Origin: Octopus sinensis
Taxonomy: Eukaryota
Reading direction: 5' to 3'
Assembly: GCF_006345805.1 (NCBI RefSeq)
Contig: NC_043013.1
Coordinates: 47,492,001 to 47,556,000 of the forward strand
Length of the DNA stretch: 64,000 bases
The translations under genes were made by a program, and so were the position numbers. Shown here piece after piece: positions 25,070 to 38,899 of the stretch; within the stretch, counting starts at the first letter, position 1; each line of letters opens with the position of its first letter. The notes beneath the pieces are model-generated. The model saw only the letters and a program-made list of their open reading frames with translations. It searched no databases and was not told the origin of the DNA.

Positions 25070-25660
25070 AAGATGGATGGATGGATGGACGGACGAACGG
25101 ACGGACGGTCGGACAGTCAGTCGGTCGGACGGACGGGGGGACGGGGGGACGGACGGGGGGACGGACGGGGGGACGGACGGGGGGACGGACGAGCGGACGG
25201 GGGGACGGACAAGTGGACGGGGGGACGGACGGGCGGACGGGCAGACGGACGGGGGGACGGACGGGCGGACGGATGGACGGACAGACGGACGGACGGGCGG
25301 ACGGACGGGCGGACAGACGGGGGGACGGATGGGCGGACGGACAGGCGGACGGACGGGCGGACGGACAAACGGACGTACAGTCGGATGGATGGATGAATTG
25401 ACGGAAGAACAAATAGACGGACGGAGAGACCGATGGACGGACGGACGGACGGTCGGATGGACGAATGGATGAGCGGATGCATGGATGGAAGGATGGATGA
25501 AGGAGGAATGGATAGATGGATGGATGGATGGATGGATGGAGGGTGGGATGAAGGGATGGAGGGATGGATGGATGGTGGATGGGTAGATGGATAGATGGAA
25601 GGATGGATTGGTGGGTGTATTGATGGATGGATGGATGGATGGATTGGTGGATGGATGGAT
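25070..25660. repeat. (GGAT)n-(GGAC/GGGGGAC)n-(GGAT)n G-rich repeat
   Basis: Direct inspection. Confidence 0.95.
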
Positions 25661-25789
25661 AATTGTATTTATATACGTACATATGTATATATCCTGTGGT
25701 TATGATTCTGAACCACTGTTCATAACTAATCCAAGATTTGGCTAGTTAGTACCTCTCTAGTCACTTCTACAGCTTTCGTTTATATAGGA

Positions 25790-25861
25790 AGTACGTTAGT
25801 GTAATGGTAACACACTTGTCATGAATAAATGGAGGTGTGGGTTCAAGTCCCAAGCGTACAG
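25790..25861 (+). pseudogene. tRNA-like sequence (tRNA pseudogene or orphan SINE head)
   Basis: Acceptor, D (GTGT/ACAC) and T (GTTCAAGTCC) arms fold; anticodon stem is broken; T9 run at 25873-81. Confidence 0.5.
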
Positions 25862-25962
25862 CAAAAGCCTGATTTTTTTTTGTCGAGGGCTTATATACCC
25901 CAGTACTAGACTATTTACCTTGGTCAATGCACAGTGATTGCTTATAAGGTTTAAGCTTATAA

Positions 25963-25996
<34 letters not shown>

Positions 25997-26008
25997 TATA
26001 TATATATA

Positions 26009-26208
26009 GTTAATCCAAACAAGAAAGCACAAAAAGACACAACAACGCAAGGACGTGGAACAAATATAGTATTATTGGACTCTCAGGAAGGAAGGAAAGA
26101 AGGAGGGTTTAACGTTTCAAGCGGAGCTCTTCGTCGGAAACATAGGAGAAGGAAAGATCCAGAGAAGGGAAGACAGAGGAAAAAAATCGCTAACGGTACA
26201 CACGCTGT

Positions 26209-26211
<3 letters not shown>
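26009..26211 (-). mobile_element. Short (TA)n-embedded element with hammerhead-like motif (Penelope-like terminal fragment?)
   Basis: TA tracts on both sides; same junction TATA|GTTAATCCAAACA.GAAAGCACAAAAA recurs at ~45166-45192. Confidence 0.6.
26107..26141 (-). ncRNA. Minimal type I hammerhead-ribozyme-like motif (U4C core variant)
   Basis: GUUU-CCGACGA-A-GAGC(UCC)GCUU-GAAA-CG-UU-AAAC: stem I GUUU/AAAC, 4-bp stem II, palindromic AACGUU stem III. Confidence 0.55.
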
Positions 26212-26288
<77 letters not shown>

Positions 26289-26785
26289 CACACTGGTGCA
26301 GAGTAATTTATAAGCTTCAAACTGTTTCAGTTGCCGTATGATATTCTAGCATTCTGCAATTGGTGCCATCAGCGATCTCAGTATGAAGTAGTCACAAGAA
26401 AACAGGAACATTCATTGAATCTCATTGCTTTCTGTTATGGATTAATTCCTAAGAGCGCTCTTTTCAGCATGGACACGGTCATGAATCGTTTCCAAATTAC
26501 CTCCCCTATCATCATACGTATTCAAAGGTATACTCGTGTCCGAAACATCCAACTGGTTGTTCCCACATAAGCATGCCTAACTCTCTTTTTTTTTTTTGCC
26601 TTTTTGCGTTATGTGATCCATATTTCTCTGTCATTTTATCTTTATATATATATATATATAATCACTGTTTTTATTCCATCCTTCTGCTGAACGTACCTTT
26701 CCTAGCAATTTAAAAAATATAATATATACACATACATACACATACATACACACATCTATATGCGTGTACATATACATCAGTACAT

Positions 26786-26996
<211 letters not shown>

Positions 26997-27271
26997 TGAA
27001 TGTATGTATGTGTGTGTGTGAGAGAGAGAGTGTGTGTGTGTGTGTTTGTGAGTGATTGTGTGTTTATGCGTGTGCGTGTGCGTGTGTGGATGTATGTATC
27101 AGACATCATCATCATTATTAATATTATTATTAAATACACAGAAACACACATATACACACGCACACATAATCACATATACACATACTAAATGTATATATAT
27201 ATATATATACACATAATATAAGATATATATCTATATATATATATATATCATATATCTATATATATATATAT

Positions 27272-27312
<41 letters not shown>

Positions 27313-27853
27313 CATATACTACATACATACTACACACACACACATACACAACCCGCATGTCCATACACATTTCCTCCTCCTGATGATACTGTCCTACTCC
27401 CTTCTTCATATCCTACTTTTAATGCTCATAATATGTTCCCACACACGATCAACCAACGAAACATTCCACATATTAACATATTTTGCAGCAATATTTAATG
27501 CAATATTTAAAAGATTAAATTATCAAATTCACACTTATTCTCTTCTTTGTTAGTTGTTTCAAACAAATTAGAAGAATTACGTAGCAGCCATATTGTTTGT
27601 AGCCATATTCTGTAAAAGTTGAGAAGGTGGGGAGGGTATCTGTGATGCAAGCGAGATGTAGATTTTTCAAGATTCATAGATATATTCATTATAGATAGCT
27701 GCTGCAGTGGTATCACAACCTTCAAGATGCTTAGCTTATGAATTATTGTGTAAATCATAATATATTAATTCACCACTCTTAACATCTATTTATCTTCCTA
27801 TGTTTGGCTTGTATCTCTATGTACGTGTACATATATACATGCATACCTATATA

Positions 27854-27884
<31 letters not shown>

Positions 27885-27980
27885 ATAAGTGTGTGCCTTT
27901 GTGTGTACGTATGTGTGTGTATATACATTCATACGCACACACACATACACACACACATTTATATATATATATATATATAT

Positions 27981-28211
27981 TTCTTTACTGCCCACAAGGG
28001 GCCAAACACAGAGGGGACACAAACAAGGACAGACAAACGGATTAAGTCGATTACATCGACCCCAGTGCGTAACTGGTACTTAATTTATCAACCCCGAAGG
28101 GATGAACGGCAAAGTCGACCTCGGCGGAATTTGAACTCAGAACGTAACGGCAGACGAAATAGGGCTACGCATTTCGCCCGGCGTGCTAACGTTTCTGCCA
28201 GCTCGCCGTCC
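27981..28211 (-). mobile_element. GAGCTGGCAG-family SINE, tail B
   Basis: Reverse complement of 39372-39602. Confidence 0.9.
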
Positions 28212-28214
28212 TAC

Positions 28215-28258
<44 letters not shown>

Positions 28259-29208
28259 CATACGCGTATATGTATATATATATACGTACATACGTGTATA
28301 TGTATACGTATGTGTATTCATATATACGTATATATGAATATACTGTGTAAGGAGCAAGCGCCTCTTTGAATGTTATCTTTTAACTAGGTGTGTTGTCAAT
28401 TCTATATCATCTTTAACTAACACATAAATCCACTCTAACTCAAACTTACACATACAACTGGCCTCCACCCTATATTTACACCTCGACACTACTTTTACAA
28501 ACAAGGTTTAAGCCAATCTCTGCACACAACCTTGAAGTAAAAATATGTATGGTGATAAATTAAAATTAGTTTTAACCCTAAATATTGCCCCTACAGTCTC
28601 TATATTATTTAGGCGACAATTATTTTTTAGCGTTGGTCGACCTGCTACAAATAGGTAACTAATCAGTCTCATTTCGCACCACTACCGTTTAGGAAAAGAA
28701 AAATATGTTATAAAAGTTATAATATGTTAGTAAAGAAAAATCGGGTGTTAATGGCTCGAGCTGACCTGAGGATACATAACAGCAGCACCAAGAGCAAAAA
28801 CAACTACAATAGCAACATAATATCCACAGGCAAGCTAAATACATTCCCTGAGGAATGTGCACCTTACATGTGCCAACAGATGGAAAGCAACGTGCGAGCT
28901 AATCTTTTTTATCAGCATCGAAACAAATCACTGAACATTTTAAGAGAACGTAACGGCTACACTTCAATTTTTTTCCGTTAGATAATTAAGTCATAACTTT
29001 ACACATCGTTCTACCATTGTACTGTTTGCTGCTTCAGAATAAAGCCTATACGTTGTAAGTTGTACTTCGTGTCTTCAACAACCAGGATGGCCATATAAAA
29101 ATGTTTTTGATCATCGGACTGTTCAATGAGGATCGACTTGGAGTTAAACAATAGGCACAGTAACGATAGTTTATTTTCAACTCGATACACATGTTATATA
29201 TTTAAATT

Positions 29209-29593
29209 GTGGAGGCGCAATGGGCCAGTGGTTAGGGCAGCGGACTCGCAGTCATAGGATCGCGCGGTTTCGATCCCAGACCGGCGTTGTGAGTGTTTAT
29301 TGAGCGAAAACACCTAAAAGCTCCACGAGGCTCCGGCAGGGGATGGTGGTGATCCCTGCTGTACTCTTTCACCACAACTTTCTCTCACTCTTACTCCTGT
29401 TCTGTTGTACCGTATTCAAGGGGCCGGGCTTGTCACTCTCTGTGTCACGCTGAATATCCCCGAGAACTACGTTAAGGGTACACGTGTCTGTGGAGTGCTC
29501 AGCCACTTACACGTTAATTTCACGAGCAGGCTGTTCCGTTGATTCGGATCAACCGGAACCCTCATCGTCGTAACCGACGGAGTGCTTCCTAAA
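29209..29593 (+). mobile_element. tRNA-derived SINE, head H1 + tail T1
   Basis: TSD ATATTTAAATT (29198-29208; 29594-29604). Confidence 0.9.
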
Positions 29594-30749
29594 ATATTTA
29601 AATTATGTGTGGTATATTTAGGTTCATATACAGTAGACGTAGCATATTCAGTAGAGGTATTCCATATTTATGCATCTTCTATAAAGGAAAGAAACAGCAT
29701 GCCCTGCGTCCCTGATTTCCACGATTCGACAGCATCGGGAGTGAAGTTGAGAATGAAACCACGATACGGTCTCGAATTGATAGGACTTTATTGTCTCACA
29801 GCGCTCTATCCTGCATTAGAATAATAAATAACAATGAATGCACAAGTGGGGAGAAAGCGAAGAATCTGATGGGGCGGAGAGGGCAATGACGACATAAAAG
29901 AAAAGGAGAAAGTAAAAAGCAACTCCACTTAAATAATTAATGATGACGTGTTATATTTTAGTTTCAGCTTTAGTCAGATGATAGATGGGAAAGATATAAG
30001 TTGAGAAAGGTGACATTGAGAGGAGGAGGAGGCTGCGGTGGGAAGTGGGTAGGGTGTATATAAGGAGGAGGAGGAATAGGAGTAGGAGGAGGAGGAAGAA
30101 GTAGAAAAAGAAGAAGAAGAAGAAGAAGAAGAAGAAGAAGGAGAAGGAAGAAGTGTTATGGTGGGAATGATGATAATGACGACGACGATGATGATGATGA
30201 TGAGGAGGAGGAGGGTGAAGCGGAGGAAGAAGAAGAGGAGGTTGAAGAGGAGGAGGAGGAAGAGGAGGGTGAAGAGGAGGAGGAGGAGGAAGATGTTGAA
30301 GAGGAGGGGGGAGGAGGAGGAAGAGGAGGAGCGATAAAGAAAAGAACCGTTGGTATTCCATTTGGCAATACAGCTATTGTAAAATTCAAAATATAGATAA
30401 ACAGCGAGTCAATGTTTGATTGAATGTTAATCAGTAAAATTTGGGAGATATACTGACTTTAATAATATTGATTTTTCATTTACGCAAAAAAAAAAAAAAA
30501 AAAAACGAAGATAAAAAAACATAGATAGATGGGTAGGAAAGTTAATCTAATTTATGCCAAGCATTTGTCTTTCGTGAGGATCAACCGCATAAAAAGGACC
30601 CTGACAACTTCGACCGTGAATCAAAAATGAACAGGAGATGTATTTCCTTTTTCATGGAACTGACTTCTTCTGTTACAGTAAACTGAAAAAATGGTTTACG
30701 CAGACTGATTTTGAAAATGAAAGAAAAAAAAAAAACCAAGATCGATTAA

Positions 30750-31160
30750 GGCGCAGGAGTGGGTGTGTGGTAAGTAGCTTGTCTACCAACCACATGATTC
30801 CGGGTTCAGTCCCACTGCGTGGCACCTTGGGCAAGAGTCTTCTACTATAGCCTCGGGCCGACCAAAGCCTTGTGAGTGGATGGTAGACGGAAACTGAAAG
30901 AAGCCCGTCGTATATATGTATATATATATATATATGCGTGTGTGTGTTTGTGTGTCTGTATTTGTCCCCCTAGCATTGCTTGACAACCGATGCTGGTGTG
31001 TTTATGTCCCCGTTACTTAGCGATTCGGCAAAAGAGACCGATAAAATAAGTACTGGGCTTACAAAAGAATAAGTCCCGGGGTCGATTTGCTCGATTAAAG
31101 GCGGTGCTCCAGCATGGCCGCAGTCAAATGACTGAAACAAGTAAAAAGAGAGTAAAGAGT
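30750..31160 (+). mobile_element. CORE-like SINE with internal (TA)(TG) microsatellite, copy 1 of tandem
   Basis: TGTGTGGTAAG head, GGGTTCAGTCCC, CACCTTGGGCAAG, tail CCAGCATGGCCGCAGTCAAATGACTGAAAC. Confidence 0.9.
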
Positions 31161-31170
31161 AATATCGACA

Positions 31171-31343
31171 GGCGTAGGAGTGGCTGTGTGGTAAGTAGCT
31201 TGCTTACCAACCACATGGTTCCGTGTTCAGTCCCACTGCGTGGCACCTTGGGCAAGTGTCTTCTACTATAGCTTCGGGCCGACCAAAGCTTTGTGAGTGG
31301 ATTTGGTAGACGGAAACTGAAAGAAGCCCGTCGTATATATGAT

Positions 31344-31378
<35 letters not shown>

Positions 31379-31429
31379 AGTGTGTGTGTGTGTGGGTGTG
31401 TGTGTGCGTGTGTGTGTGTGTTTGTGTGC

Positions 31430-31464
<35 letters not shown>

Positions 31465-31683
31465 TTTGTATGTTTGTATGTCTGTGTTTGTCAACCCCAC
31501 CATCGCTTGACAACCGATGCCGGTGTGTTTACATCCCCGTAACTTAGCAGTTCGGCAAAAGAGACCGATAGAAGAAGTACTATGCTTACAAAGAATAAGT
31601 CATAGGGTCGATTTACTCGAAAAAAGGCGGTGCTCCAGCATGGCCACAGTCAAATGACTGAAACAAGTAAAAGAGTAAAGGAG
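31171..31683 (+). mobile_element. CORE-like SINE, copy 2 of tandem
   Basis: Same family; longer internal microsatellite. Confidence 0.9.
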
Positions 31684-31845
31684 TATATACAGTTAAACCG
31701 GATGTATAGAATTTGTAAAATACATATTCCGACAGAAATTTCTTGGTGAGGAATACTAACATGACTTTCTTTTGCTCCCAGCTTTGTGACAGTTCCGCCG
31801 TTGTAGACACAAACATCCTATACAGAAATCTAGCTCTTTTGACAA

Positions 31846-32230
31846 CGTGGCTGTATGGTAAGAAGCTTGCTTCCCAACCACATGGTTCCGGGTTCAGTGC
31901 CGCTGTGTAGCACCTTGGACAAGTGTTTTCTACTATAGCCTCGGTCCGACCAAAATTCTGTGAGTGGATATGGTAGAAGGAAACAGGAAGAAGCCCGTCG
32001 TATATATATGTGTGTGTGTGTCTATGTGTGTTTGTGTCTGTTCCCCACCACTGCTTGACAACCGGTGTTGGTGTCTTTGCACCCCCACAACTTAGTGGCT
32101 CAGCAAAAGCGATCCGACAGAATAAGTATCAGGCTTAATAATAAATAAGTACTAGGGTCGATTCATTTGACTAAAATTTCTCCAAGGCGGCACCACCCAG
32201 CATGGCCGCAGACTAATGACTGAAACACTT
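31846..32230 (+). mobile_element. CORE-like SINE, copy 3 (more diverged)
   Basis: Same family motifs. Confidence 0.85.
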
Positions 32231-32315
32231 TAAAAAATATTAAAACGAAAAGATAAACAGGTTCCAGCTTTTCTGTCCCCTTTTTCTACACTTTTTATGA
32301 CTAACATAATAACCT

Positions 32316-32533
32316 ATTTCTTTACTACCCACAAGGGGCTAAACACAGAGGGGACAAACATAGATATTAAAGTCGATTACATCGACCCCAGTGCATAACT
32401 GGTACTTATTTAATCGACCCCGAAAGGATGAAAGGCAAAGTCTACCTCGGTGGAATTTGAACTCAGAACGTAGCGGCAGACGAAATACTGCTAAGCATTT
32501 CGGCCGGCGTGCTAACGATTCTGCCAGCTCGCC
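32316..32533 (-). mobile_element. GAGCTGGCAG-family SINE, tail B
   Basis: 17-bp TSD GACTAACATAATAACCT (32299-32315; 32534-32550). Confidence 0.92.
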
Positions 32534-33294
32534 GACTAACATAATAACCTGTTCCTCGACAAGCATGCACACTCCATACATCCACATTCATGCACATTTT
32601 TCTCGTACATGCTCACAAATTTAACCAGTCTTAGGTCGGTGATGAAGTCAGTACATGGACCGTCGTACTTTTGTGGATGCCACTATCAGAATTGAAAAGC
32701 GAAATATGATTTGGTTTCTTGTTCTTGTTTCTCATTTTTGAAGAATTCCTTTCCAAGAGCAGATAAGACAAAGATACACATAAATACTCATTAACGCATA
32801 CTTCAAATTTAAATTATAAAGAAAGATCTTTCTAGTTATGTTTTCCATAAAATACATGAAAGCAATCCTAAATATGTTTTTTTGTTTTCTTGTATGCTTC
32901 CATATTATTTGCTCCTCAGGAAGAAAACTTAAAACATCGTGCTAGGTCCAACTCAATGATAAATAAGCGCTTAAACCTGACAAATAACAAGAAATGGATT
33001 TCATTCTAAAAATTATAAAAATATTTTGAATCATCAAATTATGATTTTTCTTCAAACAAATGTATTAAAATATTGGCAAACCAAATGAAATGAAAATATT
33101 TCACTCATATTAAGTGCCTGAAAAGATAAAAAAAAAAACATACTTTAGTTATCCTATTTTGCTTTTACATTTGGTTTCAAATAAATTATAACTTATATTT
33201 CGCAATTAGCAACAAAATTGTTTGTCTTAGGTTGCTGATCAAGAGCGTTCACGCACATGCGCATACACAAACTCCGCTGCTCTCTCTCTCTCTA

Positions 33295-33360
<66 letters not shown>

Positions 33361-34443
33361 ATATCAAACTATGCATACATACTTCTTTTTATGTAATCAT
33401 AAAATTTACTGGGAATTCAGTTCCATAATTCCGCTGAAATTTTATAATCGTTGATACTGTAAACACTACAGTAGATCTCTACTTTGATTTATCGCAAACT
33501 TCTTGCGATGATATATCACATTTTATTAATTTACTCAGCTAAAGTGACATGCCCACCTTCCCTATGTCGCTTTCTTTAAGTAACAGATATATTACAGCAG
33601 CAGCAGAAATCTTGACGAAAATTACAGTGAAATAACAGTTCATTTCGGCTCGGTCCAATCTTATTACAAAATGATTTATGTTTTGATTAGAATTCATTGG
33701 AGTCAGCATTAATCCAGTTGTTTAAATATTCTGCGTTAATCTTTTTTAAGTGACACGTGACTTTGTATCTCGTTGCCATTATAAATTCTGCATCTGCCTT
33801 TCACCTACACCAATAAATGTATTCGATATCTTCCTCTTCTACTGTATACTTCAATGAATTTTTACTTTTTCTAACTACTATTAGTTGTCTATTCTTTTCT
33901 ATTCAGATATTTTTCAAAATTTATTTCAACGTTTGATATTGTCATACTTATATTTCAACAAAATTGAATCCAGAGGTTTTTTTTCAATTCGGAAACTCAA
34001 CATGTATTCGAGAAGGTATGCAATAATATTTCCCCCACCCTTCGTTATTCCCAGTCGCTCTAAATTACTGAAAGTTGTTGCTTTTATGTTATGAAAATGG
34101 CAGTCGGAATGTCTAACAACAGGCGACTTAAGTGTCTAATATTCTGCAAACATCTATTCATATTTATTGTGTAGGTGGAATCAACAAACGAAAATGTCAA
34201 ACACAATGAAATTAAGGCCTCGAAAGAGACTAACCGATTAGTCAAACTGCTACATATAGCAACCAAATCTTCCTCAAAGCAGAGTATGTCGTCTTGAAAG
34301 AAGGGAAAGCCAAACTGAGCAATGTTGCCCCCAATGACGAGAAATCATTTTATCATAAGTCTGCTCCTTAAAGCAGACACGTTTTAACAAAGGGTTGATC
34401 TCGACTTTACACAAACGAATTCTTCCCTTTATTGATGTTTGTA

Positions 34444-34474
<31 letters not shown>

Positions 34475-34520
34475 TGTATGTATGTATGTATGTATGTATG
34501 TGCGTATATGTATGTATATA

Positions 34521-34554
<34 letters not shown>

Positions 34555-34645
34555 ATAAGGGTAAAATTAATTATTGACAATATCATTTTACCCTTATTTT
34601 TGACAATATAATTCTCTCCCTAATATTAAACTATAGATAGATAGG

Positions 34646-34684
<39 letters not shown>

Positions 34685-34712
34685 GTAGGTAGATAGATAG
34701 ATAGATAGATAT

Positions 34713-34751
<39 letters not shown>

Positions 34752-34786
34752 TAGATAGGTAGATAGATATAGATAGGTAGATAGAT

Positions 34787-34826
<40 letters not shown>

Positions 34827-35758
34827 ATACATACATACATACATGCATATACAATATATATAGATATATATATATTTGTATATATATATATATATTATAT
34901 ATATATATATATACATATGTATATATATAAATACATGTATAAAAACATATATATATATATATATTGATATATATATATATATATATAGATAGATATACAT
35001 ATGCGTATATATATTTATACGTGAGGATGGTCATCTTTTGCTCTTTTCCAATTAAAGACATGCACTATAATGTATATGGCCATCCCCAAGGATAACAATA
35101 TCAGTTTCAACACACATATTCACATCAAACATTTTGTTGTAAAACAAATACACACACACCCACAAACCCACACACTCACACACATATACTAGTGTTATAG
35201 TTTATTCAACGTAAAACAAAATATACGTTGATCTCAAAAAAACAAATATTTACTGAGGCAAAGACAAAAAAAAAAACATTGAAATTCACACTTGTCTCAA
35301 ATTTGAATTAATCTAATATTTAGAACACTGCCCAACTCCCTGCTGGCTGGTTTTCACATATTGGAATACTTTATCCATAATAGATTGCACTGATGTTAAA
35401 ACCCATCACAGAAGGAGGGGAAAAAAACAGATAGAAAATGGTGATTTCTTTACACAGAAATAAAGTTGCAGTCATCACATTTGTTTACTGATCATACGTG
35501 TATTTTTATCACTTTTATGAAAATTAAAATTTAGGTGAAAGCTTTTAAAATGTCAAAGATGTAAAATAAGCATGAAAAGATAATATGAAGTGTGGGTGCT
35601 AATCACTTTCTTTTTAAGTACAGAGTAAAGATAGTGTTGCATGTACGCACGTATTTACACACAGGTCTATGTATGTGAATGTGTATTCACTCATCTGTAT
35701 GCACAAACAGAAATACATATTTTTGTATAAATACCTATATACACGCGCATCTATGTAA

Positions 35759-35793
<35 letters not shown>

Positions 35794-35952
35794 CTGTGTC
35801 TCTATCCATCTATATGAATAAATATATATATGTATATATTTACATATATACATACATATGTATATATATATATATATATTCATTTATATATATATATATA
35901 TATGTATATATGTAAATATATGTATATATATATATATATGTATGTATATATA

Positions 35953-36013
<61 letters not shown>

Positions 36014-37280
36014 TTTATATAGATGGATAGAGACACAAATTTAGTTATGGATACATACATAGATAAACATACACACACACTCATACATACGTACTCATGC
36101 ATAATGTGTAGATGTATACGCGTATTCAACGTTGCTAGTGAATTTGTAGTAAGGCAAACATCTATTTATATATACATGTGTGTGAGTGTGTATGTATTAA
36201 TTGCATGTACGTTCATATGTACATATGTATTACTGGAGTCGGTAGAGCGTTGGATAAATAAGTTTATGATAAACATTCCGACTCTCTGTGTTTTGATTTC
36301 AAACCCCATCGAGGAAAAACTTAACTCTCATTCTTTCGAAGAATATACATCAAGGACAAACCCTGTACGGTTGTTAATTCTTTACTTATTCTAAATCTTC
36401 CTTTCCGCCCTTTTCTCTTCATTTCTTCTACAAGAGATCCGCGATGATCAGATCTGAGACGAGCTGATGTCGTCCATGTTTAAAATCCCTCTGGCACGCC
36501 GTAGGTCACGACGGTGTCACTAAGATTCCATCAAGTATATATTGCCTGTGCCATGACATTCATATATTTCATATTATAAACACTAGATTTATCGCCGTGG
36601 ATCGTTTTGCTCAACGGAATTTGGCCAAAACCTGCATTCGCATATTTTCCCGCCATGCCGTCACAGTACTAGCATAGAGTCATATTTTCCTCTCTCTGTT
36701 ACAAGATCCAGTGGTAGTGTCGTTGTTCTATCCGGTCCTAAACCCTCTTTTCTCTACATTTTTCTCGTTCAGTTTCCTTCTTTATTTTTCATCACCGTCT
36801 TTCTTCTGGTGAAGTATTAACTTCAGAAACGTCCGGCGCTGGAAGAGTCGTTTATGCACCGGACAAAAAGATTAGCGACATTTCTTGCAGCTTTATGTTC
36901 CGAGTCCAAATGCTGCCGTGGTTGAGTTCGTCCGTTATGCTTTCGAGCTCGATAAAATAGGTATTAGCTGAAAAATGAGATGAATGTAATCAATTTACTC
37001 CCCTCTTAAAATCATTGTCTGTGTACCAAAATTTGAAGCTAATTTTAATACACACAACCGGTTTCACAATAACGTGATTTCCAAATTGTGTAAGACATAT
37101 ATGTGCACACGTCACCAAAATTGTTAAAGACAATTGAGAAACAGGTAAGTTATCCGCTACGTCATCAATAATGAAGGCAGTCTTTTGAAAATATAGTTAA
37201 CAGCACCTCGAGTGTCCTGATAACATGTTAGTGATAATAATTTATATTTTATAGTATCTTTTAAACAGTTTTTATTTAGC

Positions 37281-37739
37281 GGATGTTTTCAGTTTGAACG
37301 GCAGTTTTTTCTAGCGGTGTCATATGAAATTGTCACCCATAATTATGACCCTAGTATCGATCTATTGCATTTCAATCTGTTTTAGGGTTCGGGTTAGAGT
37401 TAGGGTTAGTTAGGGTTAGGGTTAGGATTAGGGTTAGGGGTGGGGAGAAGGGTAACTTTTTTTCTTCACAAATGTAAATAAACCCAATATGTTTCTTAAA
37501 CGTGGGACATATTCATACGGCACGGAATGTTATTTACCTCAATGGACGTCAGTGATTGGTTAAAATTACAGAAATTGAAGAAAAAACAACAACAAATATC
37601 TTACAAACTATAGAATTTTCTCAATAAAGCCAAGAGAAAAAGATATTTTATAAACACATTCTACCAGTATATGAAGTTTAAAAGTGTTTAGTTACGTGGA
37701 AATTATTTTAAAAAACTGCCGGTCAAACCGAAAAGATCC
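37281..37739. mobile_element. Merlin-like MITE with TTAGGG repeats, copy 2
   Basis: Same family as 11399-11825; perfect 8-bp TSD TATTTAGC (37273-80; 37740-47). Confidence 0.88.
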
Positions 37740-38072
37740 TATTTAGCTTTAATCGTTACAAGGTGTTTTATAATAATTGTTAATTACAGGTATTCTTTCA
37801 TTAGTTTATATCTATAAAGATATTTTAGTATTATTTATTAAGTTACTGGTATAAATTTAACATTAAAACCTGTAAGGATAACGTATATTTAATACGTATG
37901 CAATAATTTATCGTATTCCTGTTATGCTGCTTTATCAGTGTGCGTATTCAACGCTGCGCAAACTCTTTACTGCGTCAGTCAGTATTTATTCTACAGCCTA
38001 TAACCGTATACAGTTAAAATATATAGTAAGTGATGTCGAATTCATTTATATCTTGCTACATACATCCTTCAG

Positions 38073-38376
38073 TGAAGGCGCATAGCTCAGTGGTTAGAGC
38101 GTCAAGCTTACGATCGTGAGGTTGTGAGCTCGAATCTCGGACCGGGCCGCGTGTTGCGTTCTTGAGCAAGACACTTTATTTCACTTTGCTCCAGTTAATT
38201 CAGCTGTAGAAATGAGTTGCGACGTCACGGGTGCCAAGCTGTATCGGCCTTTGCCTTTCCCTTGGATAGCACTGGTGGTCTTTCATAAACCACCTTACCC
38301 AGGCTTGCGACTAGGAGGGTAACTTTCTAGTTGCAATCCCATGGTCAGTGTCGTGACCGAAAGGGGTCCCGACCCG
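38073..38376 (+). mobile_element. tRNA-derived SINE, head H2 + different tail (T4)
   Basis: TAGCTCAGTGGTTAGAGC A box; TSD ACATCCTTCAG (38062-72; 38377-87). Confidence 0.85.
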
Positions 38377-38899
38377 ACATCCTTCAGCAAATATTTTAAA
38401 TTAATTAACGTTCACAGTAGCAACACATTCCTTTGTACACACTTTGTTCAGCGTTCATTTAAAAATTGTGAAATAATAAATTATTTTTGTATAAAAGTAC
38501 TGAATTATGCCTTCTGAATTCTCTTGGAGTTTGACTTTCGTTACCGTGACATTCAGTTCTGAATTTTATAAAATTTAGTACATGTTCTAAATAAATGTTG
38601 ACTATCTGTACTTTGTTATATTGGTGACGCATAATAACTTTTGCTAAATTGGTGACTTTCCGATGCTGGAATATTTCTTTTGGAAATATTTCTTACAAAA
38701 TATTTGTAGCATAACTTTACTACAGAAAGTATGTTTCGCACTTATATTGATTACATTTAGTTTTGCTTGAACTTCGTGTGTGTACGTTTTGCCGTTTTCA
38801 ATATTATCAATTCTAAGAGTGTCTACGTGTCTGTGAGTGTGTGTGTGTTTCCACGCTCGTTGCGTCTATAGTAAACTATAGTAAAGTACGTTTTATTCC

